DNA of 64,000 bases from an uncultured Pseudomonadota bacterium (GCA_963843375.1 CAWJKT010000014.1:178416-242415), one strand, 5' to 3'. Shown: positions 41,405-52,100, numbered from the stretch's first letter. Numbers and translations are program-made. Notes: a model not told the origin generated them from the letters alone.

Positions 41405-43648
41405 ATGTTTCGCGAAATGGGGAAAGGTGAAAAAGTGTTAAAAGTCGGGGAAAGATTAAAACTTACGGTTCTCTTCGGAGCCTTCATGGTTGTTTTCATG
41501 ATGGCTTATCCGGCAATGGCCGATCATGGACCCTTGACCACTACCCAAAGGGACAATTGGATTGATTCCTCCATCGCGCAACTTGTATCCGCCGATTTGG
41601 CCCCAAACCCCGGGAAGCCCATTTCCTCAATGACCAACCTGGAAGTCGCCCAATTAACCAAGGGGGCTGCTGAGCTTTGGATGGCCCAGGCAACCTTGCC
41701 GCCGGGACCGGGAGAAATGGTGGCCGCCACCCCGGAGGCGGCGACTAAAAGCCTTGAGGAATTGGTCGAGGAATTTAGAAAAGAGCTTTCCCTCATGGAT
41801 GTGGACGTCACCAAGTTGGAAGACCGGATTTATGACCAGCAGCACCGAAACGAGAAATTCGCGGCCCTCCAGATGGAGTACCTGAAGCAAACGGGAACCA
41901 GTCTTTCCGGAACTTCCCGCGGTTATTTTGACACTTATCGCGGTATAGGAGTCAACGCCATTTACGGACCCATGGTTTATGACGACATCATAATGGGGGA
42001 CATCATCCTTAAAAGCGTTCCGGTCCCCTTCGTGCTTTTCGACGCCGATGTCCGTCTCACACGTACGGTAGGACTCTATTACGCCGATCCCATCCAACCG
42101 GAATTCTCCCTTCGCTGGCTTTCTTTGACCAACACCAACGAGATTTGCAATCTTACGGCGGGAGATATTTACCGGCACTACACCCCGCTTACTCTTTGGA
42201 ATAACGAATTTCCAGTTTATACCTTAACGGAACCCACCTCTTATTACCGCGTTCGTAAGGACATTGAGGAGAATGTGTATATGGATCACGGGCCCGATTG
42301 GCATCTGCAGGGTTTTGAGGCGGCCTCTGACCAGGAATTGGGTAACAGCCCCATCCTGAGTTCCTTCCATCTCCAAGCCATGGGAGGGGTAATGGATTCG
42401 GCTACCCCTTATGCTTTTGCCAATGATTATGCCGGAAGTGAAGGAGCCTTGGATTTTTTCAACGACAACCTTGAACTGAAGGCTACGGGTCTGATGTTGT
42501 GGGACGATACAGGAAGCGCCGATGTTCCCTATATTCCAAACCTCGTTTCCACTTTTGCCAAGACATACCAAATCGGGAGCCTTTCTTCGACTGGCACCCT
42601 TCCTTTCCAAAAAAATATTGACGCAAAAGAATTCGTGGAGTGGGCGGGAAGTTCTTATCAGGATAATTCCATGGATGCCCAAAGCGTGGTTCAGGACTGG
42701 GCTCTCTTGGCCAAGGCTTCCCTCGACCTCGATACGGTTCACCTGAATGCCAAGTATTTGAACATCGGCCCTTATTTCTATTCTCCCGGCGCCCAAACCA
42801 ACGGTTTTACCCCAGCTTTGGGGACCAACGATTATTTGACCAATAGCCTCATCGACGAGGGTTTGAACGGGGCCCTGGATAATACTGTTTTTCAGGGCGT
42901 TGGACGCCCGGCTTTCGCTCCTTATGACCGGATGGCGGAAAATATGCTTCCCTATGGGGATGCCACCCCTGACCGTGAGGCGCTTATCTTGGGCTTCTCG
43001 GCTGAAATCGGGAAAAACGGATGGCTCAAGCCCCAAGCAACTTACACGGCTTTTGCCCAGGAACTCCAACCCGATTATGTTTTAACCTCTGCGGGCAACA
43101 GCGTGCTTCCGGTGGATTCGGGCGAACCTGTCACGAATATCCGGACATTCGGAGGATACGAAGGGGCGCTGACACTGGATTTGGCTAAGGCCTTGGACGG
43201 TACCCTTTCCACCTGGGACATTTCTGGTGATTACAAGAACCAGACCACCAATTTGGGGCTGGGGGCACCGTCCTTCACTGTCAACACCTTGATCGTGAGC
43301 GCCGACGCCGGGCCGTTCCCGGGAGTGCCCCTTTTTGAGGGACTGGTTTTATCGGGAGCTTACGAACAAGCCCAGGCATCAGGAAGTGAATATACTTTGA
43401 ACGGCGTTGGAGAACCCCCGACATTGGCCAGCTATTCTTCTTATTTTGACACCGGATCTTTGGGTAATTATGTCTATCAGGCCCTAGATATTACCCGTAC
43501 CTCCTGGGCATTTGGAATCAAATGCCCAGTCAGCAAAACCTTCGATATTCATGGGGATGTTTTTATCAATAAATATACCTGGAGCGACCAGCCGAATTTC
43601 GACCGGCGGGAATATATATATAGGATGACTTATGACCTTACGTTCTAA
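41405..43648 (+). CDS. Putative outer-membrane protein B (SLH-like domain, coiled coil, beta-barrel)
   Basis: DNWIDSSIAQLVSADL...MTNLEVAQL; LEELVEEFRKELSLMDVDVTKLEDRI stalk; C-terminal YRMTYDLTF. Shares motifs with the next gene. Confidence 0.78.
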   Translation: MFREMGKGEKVLKVGERLKLTVLFGAFMVVFMMAYPAMADHGPLTTTQRDNWIDSSIAQLVSADLAPNPGKPISSMTNLEVAQLTKGAAELWMAQATLPPGPGEMVAATPEAATKSLEELVEEFRKELSLMDVDVTKLEDRIYDQQHRNEKFAALQMEYLKQTGTSLSGTSRGYFDTYRGIGVNAIYGPMVYDDIIMGDIILKSVPVPFVLFDADVRLTRTVGLYYADPIQPEFSLRWLSLTNTNEICNLTAGDIYRHYTPLTLWNNEFPVYTLTEPTSYYRVRKDIEENVYMDHGPDWHLQGFEAASDQELGNSPILSSFHLQAMGGVMDSATPYAFANDYAGSEGALDFFNDNLELKATGLMLWDDTGSADVPYIPNLVSTFAKTYQIGSLSSTGTLPFQKNIDAKEFVEWAGSSYQDNSMDAQSVVQDWALLAKASLDLDTVHLNAKYLNIGPYFYSPGAQTNGFTPALGTNDYLTNSLIDEGLNGALDNTVFQGVGRPAFAPYDRMAENMLPYGDATPDREALILGFSAEIGKNGWLKPQATYTAFAQELQPDYVLTSAGNSVLPVDSGEPVTNIRTFGGYEGALTLDLAKALDGTLSTWDISGDYKNQTTNLGLGAPSFTVNTLIVSADAGPFPGVPLFEGLVLSGAYEQAQASGSEYTLNGVGEPPTLASYSSYFDTGSLGNYVYQALDITRTSWAFGIKCPVSKTFDIHGDVFINKYTWSDQPNFDRREYIYRMTYDLTF

Positions 43649-45941
43649 AATCATCTTCCTCTTACTCGCCCTTTGGCTCTTTTTGCCGATAGTGGCAAGT
43701 GCGGCTTTGGGGGATGATTTTTTCACCGTGGTTCCACTTGGCGACCCGACTTATGCCGAGTTGAAAAAATTAGCCCAGGCGGGATGGATTTCCAATAGCG
43801 ACCTCGCCCCTTCCTTAACCCGTTTCGACGTCACCCAATTGATCCTGGAGGCTGAAAAAAAGCGGGATGAAATTGTAGTGGCCCAGGCCGATATGGATAT
43901 CCCTCCCCCTCCGGACGCCAATTCGTCCGCTTCCAATTCTGACGTTATTGCCGCCCCAACCACGCAAACCCAAGCCACGGCTGCCGCCACTGAGGAAGCC
44001 ACCCGGGCCCAGGCTATTCAAAGCCTAAATAGCCTGGAAGAGGCCTATCAATATGAATTGAAACTGGTCAAGGACAAGGTCCAGGCGCTGACGGACAAGG
44101 TCAATGATATCGACGCCCAACAATACGACCTTCGCAAAAGGCTCATGGGCATTTCCCAATTTCCGACGATCGCGGTCCATGGCCTGGGACGATTTTTAGG
44201 ATTTGCCCAACAGTATTCGGGAAACTATTCAGGCGTGACTTTTATTGAACCCGGGTACCGCGAGTCGTTTGGCTTTTTGGATTTGCAGCCAGAGGGGACG
44301 GTTTCCAAAGAAGTGAGTTGGAACACCATTTTGAGAATAGGGAGTTCATTTGAGGCTGATGAAAGTCCAGAATTCGTTCTTCGGCGAGTCACGATGGATT
44401 TTAATCCCCCCTGGTTTTCCGCGAAGATAGGTGACTTTGATGAGTCTTATACACCTCTGACCTTGTGGAATCGGGATACCCTCGACCTTGCCTATAAACC
44501 CGAGATGTGGGCCCGGTGGGATGACCTGACCAAATACGAGAGCTTTTTAAATAATGAGCCCAATTGGCCCCTGAGGGGTTTGAAGATTGGTTCGAATGTA
44601 ATGTGGCCTGATTCCCCTGTGCTTGATGAATTAAAAGGTTCGGTGTTCGTCCATATAATCCGCAATGGTTTCGACGACAATGGAGGTTGGTATCTGGGTC
44701 CTAATGAGTTTACCGATTTGGTTTTTGGAGGAACTGCCGAGTTGAAGTCGCAAAAATGGTATTTGGGAGGTATGTCGGCTCAAGCAACAGTCGATACCTA
44801 TGGACTTCTCTATGATGAGCCCATGGAAACAGAACAACCTGGATCACCTTATGGAATGTTCACTCCTTCAACATGGGCCCATCAGTATCTCTTGGGAAGT
44901 GTGAAGCCTGATTTAAAGGTGGGTTTGGGCGGGGACCTCTACGTGGGTGCCAATATGGAATACGCAGGTTCCAGCTATCAAGATAACACGCAAAACCCCA
45001 ATACTGTTTTTACGGATTTTGCCCTGTTAGGGGGCCCTTACGTACAATTTGGTAAATCACGGGTTTCATTTAATTATCTTAATGTTGGCCCTTATTACTA
45101 TTCTCCGTTAGCCCAGACACGTCAAGACGCCGTTACTTTTTTGCCAATTTCAAACTATCTTTCTTCTCCTGATCTATTTGAACCCGTTTTACGAAACCAA
45201 TATTTCCTTTCATCGCTGCCTCGGGCAGGTGGCATATATGGTTTTTATGACCGTACCCAGGACAATACCTTTCCTTATGGCTTGGCGACCCCCAACCGGG
45301 AAGGGGTTGGCGCAGAATTTGATGTAAAAGCGCTCCAAAAAGACTCTTTGAAAATTAAGGGGTCGGTATACTTTGTTCAAGAGATCAGTGGTAATCTTGT
45401 TTTGAATTCAGCAGGGACGGGTTTTATACCGGTGGACAGTCCTGCAAATTCCCTCGTGATTCCTATTCGGAATTTTACTTACGTTAATATGGGCCCCTCT
45501 TTCAACCTGGGTCCCTATATCGGTTTTGACCGAAACTTGGAAGTGGGGACTAATGTCCGGTATGAACAAACCACCAGCGACTTGGGGACCCTGACCAGCA
45601 CCTGGTTGATCGGTGGAATTCAGGTGGATGTATTGCCGGTTTGGGGGATTGCTTTAGCTTATGGATGGCAACATGCCGATGGAACCGAAGCGGGGTATGA
45701 CGGAACCTTATGGGCGAGGTATTCTTATCTTTATGAAAACACCGACCTGGGAGCTTACACGCCCGTGACTGTCAATGGTACCAACCAAAGTATAAGGGTA
45801 TCTAATACCTTTAAGGTCAACCGGAATTCCACCCTTTACTTGGACTATGATTTTACAACAGGCGATTTAACTCCAGCCAACAACATCCAAGGGACTTTGA
45901 ACAATCAATTCGCCGAGGTGACATATGAAGTCAAATTTTAG
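43632..45941 (+). CDS. Putative outer-membrane protein C (SLH-like domain, coiled coil, beta-barrel)
   Basis: VPLGDPTYAELKKLAQAGWI...LTRFDVTQL; coiled coil; YTPLTLWN, YLNVGPYYYSP and PYGLATPNRE shared with B; C-terminal EVTYEVKF. Overlaps both neighbours by 17 bp. Confidence 0.78.
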   Translation: MTLRSKIIFLLLALWLFLPIVASAALGDDFFTVVPLGDPTYAELKKLAQAGWISNSDLAPSLTRFDVTQLILEAEKKRDEIVVAQADMDIPPPPDANSSASNSDVIAAPTTQTQATAAATEEATRAQAIQSLNSLEEAYQYELKLVKDKVQALTDKVNDIDAQQYDLRKRLMGISQFPTIAVHGLGRFLGFAQQYSGNYSGVTFIEPGYRESFGFLDLQPEGTVSKEVSWNTILRIGSSFEADESPEFVLRRVTMDFNPPWFSAKIGDFDESYTPLTLWNRDTLDLAYKPEMWARWDDLTKYESFLNNEPNWPLRGLKIGSNVMWPDSPVLDELKGSVFVHIIRNGFDDNGGWYLGPNEFTDLVFGGTAELKSQKWYLGGMSAQATVDTYGLLYDEPMETEQPGSPYGMFTPSTWAHQYLLGSVKPDLKVGLGGDLYVGANMEYAGSSYQDNTQNPNTVFTDFALLGGPYVQFGKSRVSFNYLNVGPYYYSPLAQTRQDAVTFLPISNYLSSPDLFEPVLRNQYFLSSLPRAGGIYGFYDRTQDNTFPYGLATPNREGVGAEFDVKALQKDSLKIKGSVYFVQEISGNLVLNSAGTGFIPVDSPANSLVIPIRNFTYVNMGPSFNLGPYIGFDRNLEVGTNVRYEQTTSDLGTLTSTWLIGGIQVDVLPVWGIALAYGWQHADGTEAGYDGTLWARYSYLYENTDLGAYTPVTVNGTNQSIRVSNTFKVNRNSTLYLDYDFTTGDLTPANNIQGTLNNQFAEVTYEVKF

Positions 45942-46695
45942 AATCTTTTTGATTTTGATGGCCCTGGGGGCTTTGGGGTGGTTCGGCTGTAAAACCGAAG
46001 TTCCCACAAGTTATCTATCCACCAACGGACCTTCGGCTTCGATGGTCTGCGATTTTGAAAGTGGACTCTTCGTCAATTCGCATTTGGCCGAGGCCAACCG
46101 GCCCGGAAACGTTGTCCAAAAGCCTGGTGCTATCGTTGGCACGGGGAGCCCAAATGTGACGCCGCTCGTTGTAACACCTGGCGCGGACAATACGGCTCAT
46201 TGCGTTTGGATGAACAGTCCGGTTACCGATCCCGGTAATGCAAGTTATCCCGCAGTTGAATTTGTAATACCCATCGAAAGTGCCGGCACTACTCTGAGTG
46301 GATTGCCCGTTACCGTTTACGATGCCAGTCTGTTTAGCGGGATACAGTTTTATATCAAAGTGATGAACGATGATACGGCGTCCCTCCGGGACTTTTCGAT
46401 TCCGGTTTTACAAACCTCCACTCCTCCGAATGGAACCTGTAGTCCTAACGCGGCAAGCAACGCCTGTTACAATAATTTTGAGTATATCTACAACAATACT
46501 GGCGGCGCTTGGCAACTCCTCAAAATCCCTTTTTCTGCATTTACCCGGCAGAATTACGGTTCGGCTGTCACGCCTTCGACCCTATCGGGCGCAAATTTGC
46601 AACAAATCGTGAGTCTGATGTGGTCGGAAGGAAACAATAACGTTGCGGGAACGATAAATGTGGATTTCTATGTGGATCAAGTCCAATTTTTTTAA
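45925..46695 (+). CDS. Lipoprotein with CBM11/CIA30-like carbohydrate-binding domain
   Basis: Lipobox WFGC; YDASLFSGIQFYIK, GTC...CYNNF and VDFYVDQVQFF. Paralog of 37904..38677. Confidence 0.78.
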   Translation: MKSNFRIFLILMALGALGWFGCKTEVPTSYLSTNGPSASMVCDFESGLFVNSHLAEANRPGNVVQKPGAIVGTGSPNVTPLVVTPGADNTAHCVWMNSPVTDPGNASYPAVEFVIPIESAGTTLSGLPVTVYDASLFSGIQFYIKVMNDDTASLRDFSIPVLQTSTPPNGTCSPNAASNACYNNFEYIYNNTGGAWQLLKIPFSAFTRQNYGSAVTPSTLSGANLQQIVSLMWSEGNNNVAGTINVDFYVDQVQFF

Positions 46696-46730
46696 TTTGA
46701 AACCGTGTGGCTGAGCGAAGGAGGGTTTGA

Positions 46731-47411
46731 ATGAACAAGTTCAAGATGATGACGAAAAAATGGATCTTATTTTCCATTTTTTTCATCGCCGGGATGATTT
46801 CCCTTTTGTCGCTGCAACAGGGTTGCACCGCTAACTACCCGCCCATTTCTTCCTTTATTCCAACTCCCGCGCCACCCACGCCCACGCCCGGTCCAGTCAC
46901 CATGACTTTTGACGGGATCACTTTGGTTCCGACCGGATGGATTTCAGCTGTTAACAGCGGAACTCTTACGGTTCCCGGCCTAGTGCTTTCGAGTGCTGAA
47001 AATGAAGATTCTTGCTCATCGGAGTGTAATTCTTTATTGGCGGGTCCTATCGTTTTCTCGGCGTCAGGCCAATCAGTTAATATTGAATACGACTACCCCA
47101 CCGCTGGAATGGATTTGTCCGGAAAGACCATAAGCCTTTATTATTATTTGAGCGCCTTGCCTTCAAACGTCCCTTATGGGCAAATGTATGTCCAAGACAC
47201 TAGCTACAATTACGAGAGTTTGGGTTTTGCTGGCGGCAGCTTTGCCTTGACTATGGGCGCCTGGACAAAAGCTTCCATCCCCGCAAACGAGGGTGGGGCG
47301 AATTCCGCGTCAATTTTGAAATTTGGGGCGCAAATTGGAACAGGTACAAGTTCAGGGGTCAACACATTCTTTACCGTGAACTACTATATCGACTACGTTA
47401 CCATCGAATAA
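46731..47411 (+). CDS. Lipoprotein with galactose-binding-like (CBM-like) domain
   Basis: GGAGG RBS; lipobox QQGC; short Pro/Thr linker; DLSGKTISL...YVQD...GAW...FGAQIG...YIDYVTIE, the same domain type as in 36144..37538. Confidence 0.75.
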   Translation: MNKFKMMTKKWILFSIFFIAGMISLLSLQQGCTANYPPISSFIPTPAPPTPTPGPVTMTFDGITLVPTGWISAVNSGTLTVPGLVLSSAENEDSCSSECNSLLAGPIVFSASGQSVNIEYDYPTAGMDLSGKTISLYYYLSALPSNVPYGQMYVQDTSYNYESLGFAGGSFALTMGAWTKASIPANEGGANSASILKFGAQIGTGTSSGVNTFFTVNYYIDYVTIE

Positions 47412-47427
47412 TTTCGTTTTATCACTT

Positions 47428-47467
47428 TTTAAAAAGCTCATTCTTATATGAGGGTGAGCTTTTTAAA
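47428..47467 (+). terminator. Rho-independent terminator closing the six-gene operon
   Basis: TTTAAAAAGCTCATTCT...AGGGTGAGCTTTTTAAA hairpin. Confidence 0.8.
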
Positions 47468-47763
47468 TTTGGGCGATATCCCTTACCTTAAATATCATCC
47501 TGAATTCCATGGGGGAGCCAAGGTCTTTTGTCTCAAGCGAATTAACCAATTGGAATCTCAGGTGGGCCGGATAGGTCTCGGTTTTTGGACTGCTGACCTG
47601 AGTTTTAAGAATTAATTCTTCCGCAGTTTAATTTTAAATGAACAGGTGTTTGATAGCCCCGTTTTTTTTATTGAAAATTCAAAGACATGGCAAGTGAAGT
47701 TCCTAAACAATTGAATAAATAAACCGTTTTACTTGGCTATAATAAACGGCCTTGGAGGGACGC

Positions 47764-49065
47764 ATGAAGGGCTCAACAACTTTAAAGGTTTACTTTGCTA
47801 TCGCAATGATCGCGGTTTTTTCGGCCTTTACGGGTTGCGTGGTGAAAAAAAGCACCAGTGGTATCCTCCTTCGCTGCATCGGATGGGGAGGGCCTGAAGA
47901 AGCGGTTATCCTCCAAAAGGCGGTGGACGAGTTCAAGAAAAACCATCCGGGTGTTGAGGTGGAACTGGAACGGGCGCCTTATGCCGAATATATCACCAAG
48001 GTATTGACCCAATTCTCAGGCGGCCTGGCACCGGATGTGATGGCGGTTAACGCCGAGCAAATGATGGCGTTTGCATCCCGGGGCGTTTTCGCCGATTTGA
48101 AGCCCTTTGTCGACAAAGACTCTTCTATCAAGTTGACGGATTTTTATCCCGAAGCCATCGACCATTACACCGTGAACGGCATTCTGACCGCCCTTCCCCG
48201 GGATATCGCCCCCATCGCGGTCATTTACTACAACAAGAATAAATTTGATGAAGCGGGAATTCCTTATCCAAAGAATGATTGGGCCATGGACGATCTTCTA
48301 GCCACTGCCCAGAAGTTAACCAAGAAAGACGCCAAGGGTAAAATTACGCAATTTGGTTTCGTTGGCGCGGATAATTCGCCATCTTGGGACGCCTGGGTTT
48401 ACGCTTGGGGAGGAGCGCTGGTAGATAATGAAAAAAAGCCAACCCGTTGTACGGTGGACAGTCCCCAGGCCATCGCGGGAGTGCAGTACCTTTCGGACCT
48501 AGTTTTAAAATATCATGTCATGCCGAGTCTGGCGAATTTGACTTCGATGGGAAGCATGGGCAACTCGGACCTCTTCACGAACGGCACCGTCGCCATGTTT
48601 TATTCGGGCATTTGGTTAGTGCCCCAGTTTAGGCAGATCAAAAATTTTGATTGGGACGTGGTGGAATTTCCCAAGGGTCCCAATGGATTGAGGTCTTTCC
48701 CCTTGAGCGCGGCCGGTTACGGCATTGTGAAGGGCACCAAAAACGCCGAGTTGGCTTACGAATTGGTGAAATACCTGGCGGGGGAGACCGGTGAAAAGTT
48801 CATGGCAGCCACAGGACTGACCCAACCGGCCATTAAAGCCCTTGCCCAGTCGCCTGTCTTTTTGGATGGTCTAACTCCCAAATCCAAAGATTTTCTGGTG
48901 GACGCGGTTCAATACGGCCATTTCCAGCCTCTGGATCCTAATGTGCCGGAATGGAAGGCGCGAGTCGAATCGGAACTGGACAAGGTTTGGAGCGGGGAAG
49001 AGACCGCCGCCCAAGCGTTGAAGAAAGCCGCCGCCGAAGTGAATGAGAAATTCTTTAAAAAATAA
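47764..49065 (+). CDS. Sugar ABC transporter extracellular solute-binding lipoprotein (family 1)
   Basis: GGAGG RBS; lipobox FTGC; LAPDV, LPRDIAP..IYYNK.KFDEAGIPYP and WDVVEFPKGP. Paralog of 20944..22230. Confidence 0.9.
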   Translation: MKGSTTLKVYFAIAMIAVFSAFTGCVVKKSTSGILLRCIGWGGPEEAVILQKAVDEFKKNHPGVEVELERAPYAEYITKVLTQFSGGLAPDVMAVNAEQMMAFASRGVFADLKPFVDKDSSIKLTDFYPEAIDHYTVNGILTALPRDIAPIAVIYYNKNKFDEAGIPYPKNDWAMDDLLATAQKLTKKDAKGKITQFGFVGADNSPSWDAWVYAWGGALVDNEKKPTRCTVDSPQAIAGVQYLSDLVLKYHVMPSLANLTSMGSMGNSDLFTNGTVAMFYSGIWLVPQFRQIKNFDWDVVEFPKGPNGLRSFPLSAAGYGIVKGTKNAELAYELVKYLAGETGEKFMAATGLTQPAIKALAQSPVFLDGLTPKSKDFLVDAVQYGHFQPLDPNVPEWKARVESELDKVWSGEETAAQALKKAAAEVNEKFFKK

Positions 49066-49102
49066 CAGTTAGCTTTCAACCAAAACTTTAAAGGCGACAC
49101 GC

Positions 49103-52100
49103 ATGATCCTCCTATTCAACGAAACAGACTTTCCAACATTGGGAACCCCGTCCCTGCCTTTGGCATTGTTGAAAAAATCTTTGGCCTCGGCTGGGCCCGT
49201 AACGGTGGCGGGGGTGGAAGGCCTCCGTGAACTGGATCCCCTCAAGGTTGACCTGGTTGTATTGCCTTACGGTTCGGCTTTTCCCAAAGACGCTTGGGAA
49301 GACCTTTATTCCTATTTTCTGAAAGGGGGGAATCTGCTTGCCCTGGGTGGAAGACCCTTGGAAGTTCCGGTTCGAAAAGTGGGAAACAAGTGGGAAACAG
49401 AACCCGCCCAGACTGCCTATTATCAGAGCTTGGGAATTGAACAACTCAATACCGTGCCCGCCGACCGTGTCAAGAAACACCAGGCTGTTCCGGGAGAAGA
49501 AGTATTGCAAGGGTTAACCTTCGCGCCGATGGAATCCCATTCCCTGATGCCGCGCTTTACCGAAGCGGACGAGGAAAACAGGACAGGCTCCACGGGCCCC
49601 ATGGACGGGGAATTGAAACCTCTTCTTTGGGGATTAGATGGGCATAACCGCAGGGTTTCCTGTCCTGCCGCTCTCATTGACCGATACCAGGGCCGATTCG
49701 CCGGGGGCCGATGGGCCTTCCTTGCCGCCGAACTGCCCCGGTGGAATGATTCGCTTTCCCAGCTTGTTTCCCGGTTAGCCCTAGCCGCCAAAAGCGGAGC
49801 CATTCAAGTTACTTTGCGACCCGGACTGGCTTGCTACCAGCCAGGGTCCCAACCGGTCCTGAATTTTTGGGTGCGGGGCCACGAGTTTCAAGACCGCACC
49901 ATTCAAGCGGATTATCAAGTCTTCCAAGAAAATGAAAAAATTTATTCTCAAAGCATCAAATCGAGCGTGAAAAGGGCATCCCATTACCAGACCATGCCAT
50001 TGCCGATTACGGTTGAACCGGGTTTGTATCGTATTGAAACCCGAATATCTATAAACGGCCGTTATTCCCACACGCTTCAGCAGGGGTTTTGGGGCTGGGA
50101 TGAGAATCTGGTTAAGCGTGCCCCGGCGATCACTGTTCAGGGAACTCGCTTCTTAAAAGACGGGAAAACTATCCCGGTAGTAGGGACCACCTACATGGCG
50201 GGCGATGTTTCTCGAAAATTCATAACCATGCCCAACCCGGTGTTATGGGATGGGGATATGGCTGATATGGTTTCCTCGGGCATCAACATGGTGCGGACTG
50301 GCATCTGGGCGGCTCATCGGCAAGTAGTTCTGGACGCGGGTAATACCCGCGAGGATATGCTTTGTTCCATGGACGCTTTTATCTTAACCAGCTTGAAGCA
50401 TGGCCTGGCGGTTACCTTTAATTTCTTTTCCTTTCATCCCGGATATGTTCCCTCAGACCATCCCTATCTTGATCCCCGGGCCATCTCTCTTCAGAGGGAA
50501 TATATGCTTTCCCTCGTCCGGCGTTACGCTTCAATTCCATCGGTCAGTGTGGGATTTCATCAATGAACCTTCGGTCACCAATCCCGGGAGCCCTTTGGAA
50601 AACCCGGCCTCTGCCGGGAAAATTGGAGAAGGCGGCCTTTATTGAGTACCTCAAAAAGAAGCACGGGGATATTGAAACTCTTCGTATGCGCTGGAACATG
50701 ACGCCGGAGGAACTTTGCTCCTGGGAGCAAGTGGAGCTTCCCGACGAAAATGACTTCGCCGAGCCATGGGCCCCCGGAAGCCAACTGGTGCGTTCACCCC
50801 GGGCTTATGACTTCAACCGTTTCGGCCAGGAGGTTTTCGCTAACTGGGTGAAGGGCCATGTGGAAGTTTTAAAAGAAGCCACGAAGCCAGCTTTTTTGCG
50901 TCGGCCAGGACGAGGGCGGGTGTCTCCTCCAAACGTCCCAATAACCATCTTTTCCATGAGGCCCTGGACTTTACTTGCAACCATACCTGGTGGGAGATTG
51001 AGGATATGGTTACTGGCGTGACCGCGGCCCGGGTGAAGGGCAAGCCTTTCCTCGCCCAGGAAACCGGCATCATGTTTTCCGACAACTTGAACCGCATGAA
51101 GCGGCGCACGGAAGAGGAAGCAGGCAGGCTGTTCGAACGCAAACTGGCCGCCAGCTTCATGGGTGGAGCGGGGTTCATCCAATGGTGCTGGAACATCAAC
51201 CAGTTCATGAGTGACCGAAACGAGGTCCATATCGGGGCTTATCGGGTGGACAAGACCGCGCGGCCCGAGGCCCTGGTGATGCAGGCTTTCGGCGAGTTCT
51301 TCCAAAAGGCGGCACCCTATCTTCAAGAAGAGCCGGAAGAGGCTACGGTTGCGGTGGTGGAGTCCTTAACGGGCCTGCTTTCCCCCAAGTCCCATACCCA
51401 GTCCGCCCAGCGAATGGCCCACCGGGTTCTGGCGGCGTTACGCATACCCTTTCATACCTTGGCCGAACACGAGTTCGACCGAATGACGGGCGAGAAAACT
51501 ATTCTCTTTCCCTCGGTCAAACGCCTGGGAGGGCAGGCCGCAAAGGGGTGGATGAAAGCCGCAAAAGGCGGAACCTTTGGGTTTCGGGGCCACTAGCCCA
51601 GGATGGATGGGGCTTGGCGACGGAAGGCCTTTCTCCATTTCGGGATCAATGAAAAGAGTGTAGAGGTTTTGCCGGAAGAAACATTGGGTTTGAAAAAAGG
51701 TGGGCTGTATTTGAATTATGGAACCCACAAAACGGGTATTACGGATAAGGACGTGTCTATATCTTCCCAAATTCATCGGATCAGTAAGAATGGCTCGGTC
51801 CTTTATTACTCGCCCCTGCCTGTGGAGGCCAATGACCAACGGGCAAGCGTGGAGGATTTTTACCGATTTTTAGCAGAGGCTTCCAAAATAAAGCCTTATT
51901 GTGAATTAAAAGGGGCCGGGCTTTTTGAGGTGACGGTTCTGCCCCGGCGTTTTTCAAAACAGCTCCCTTTATATCGCTTTGAACGAAAGCTCTCAAAATC
52001 ACAAGTTCAAATTCGGGATAACCGGTTTGGATTCAAGACGACTTTGAAAATTCCGGCGAGGCCGGGCGGCAATGGCGGTCTTGGATTCAAAGGGCAAGGC

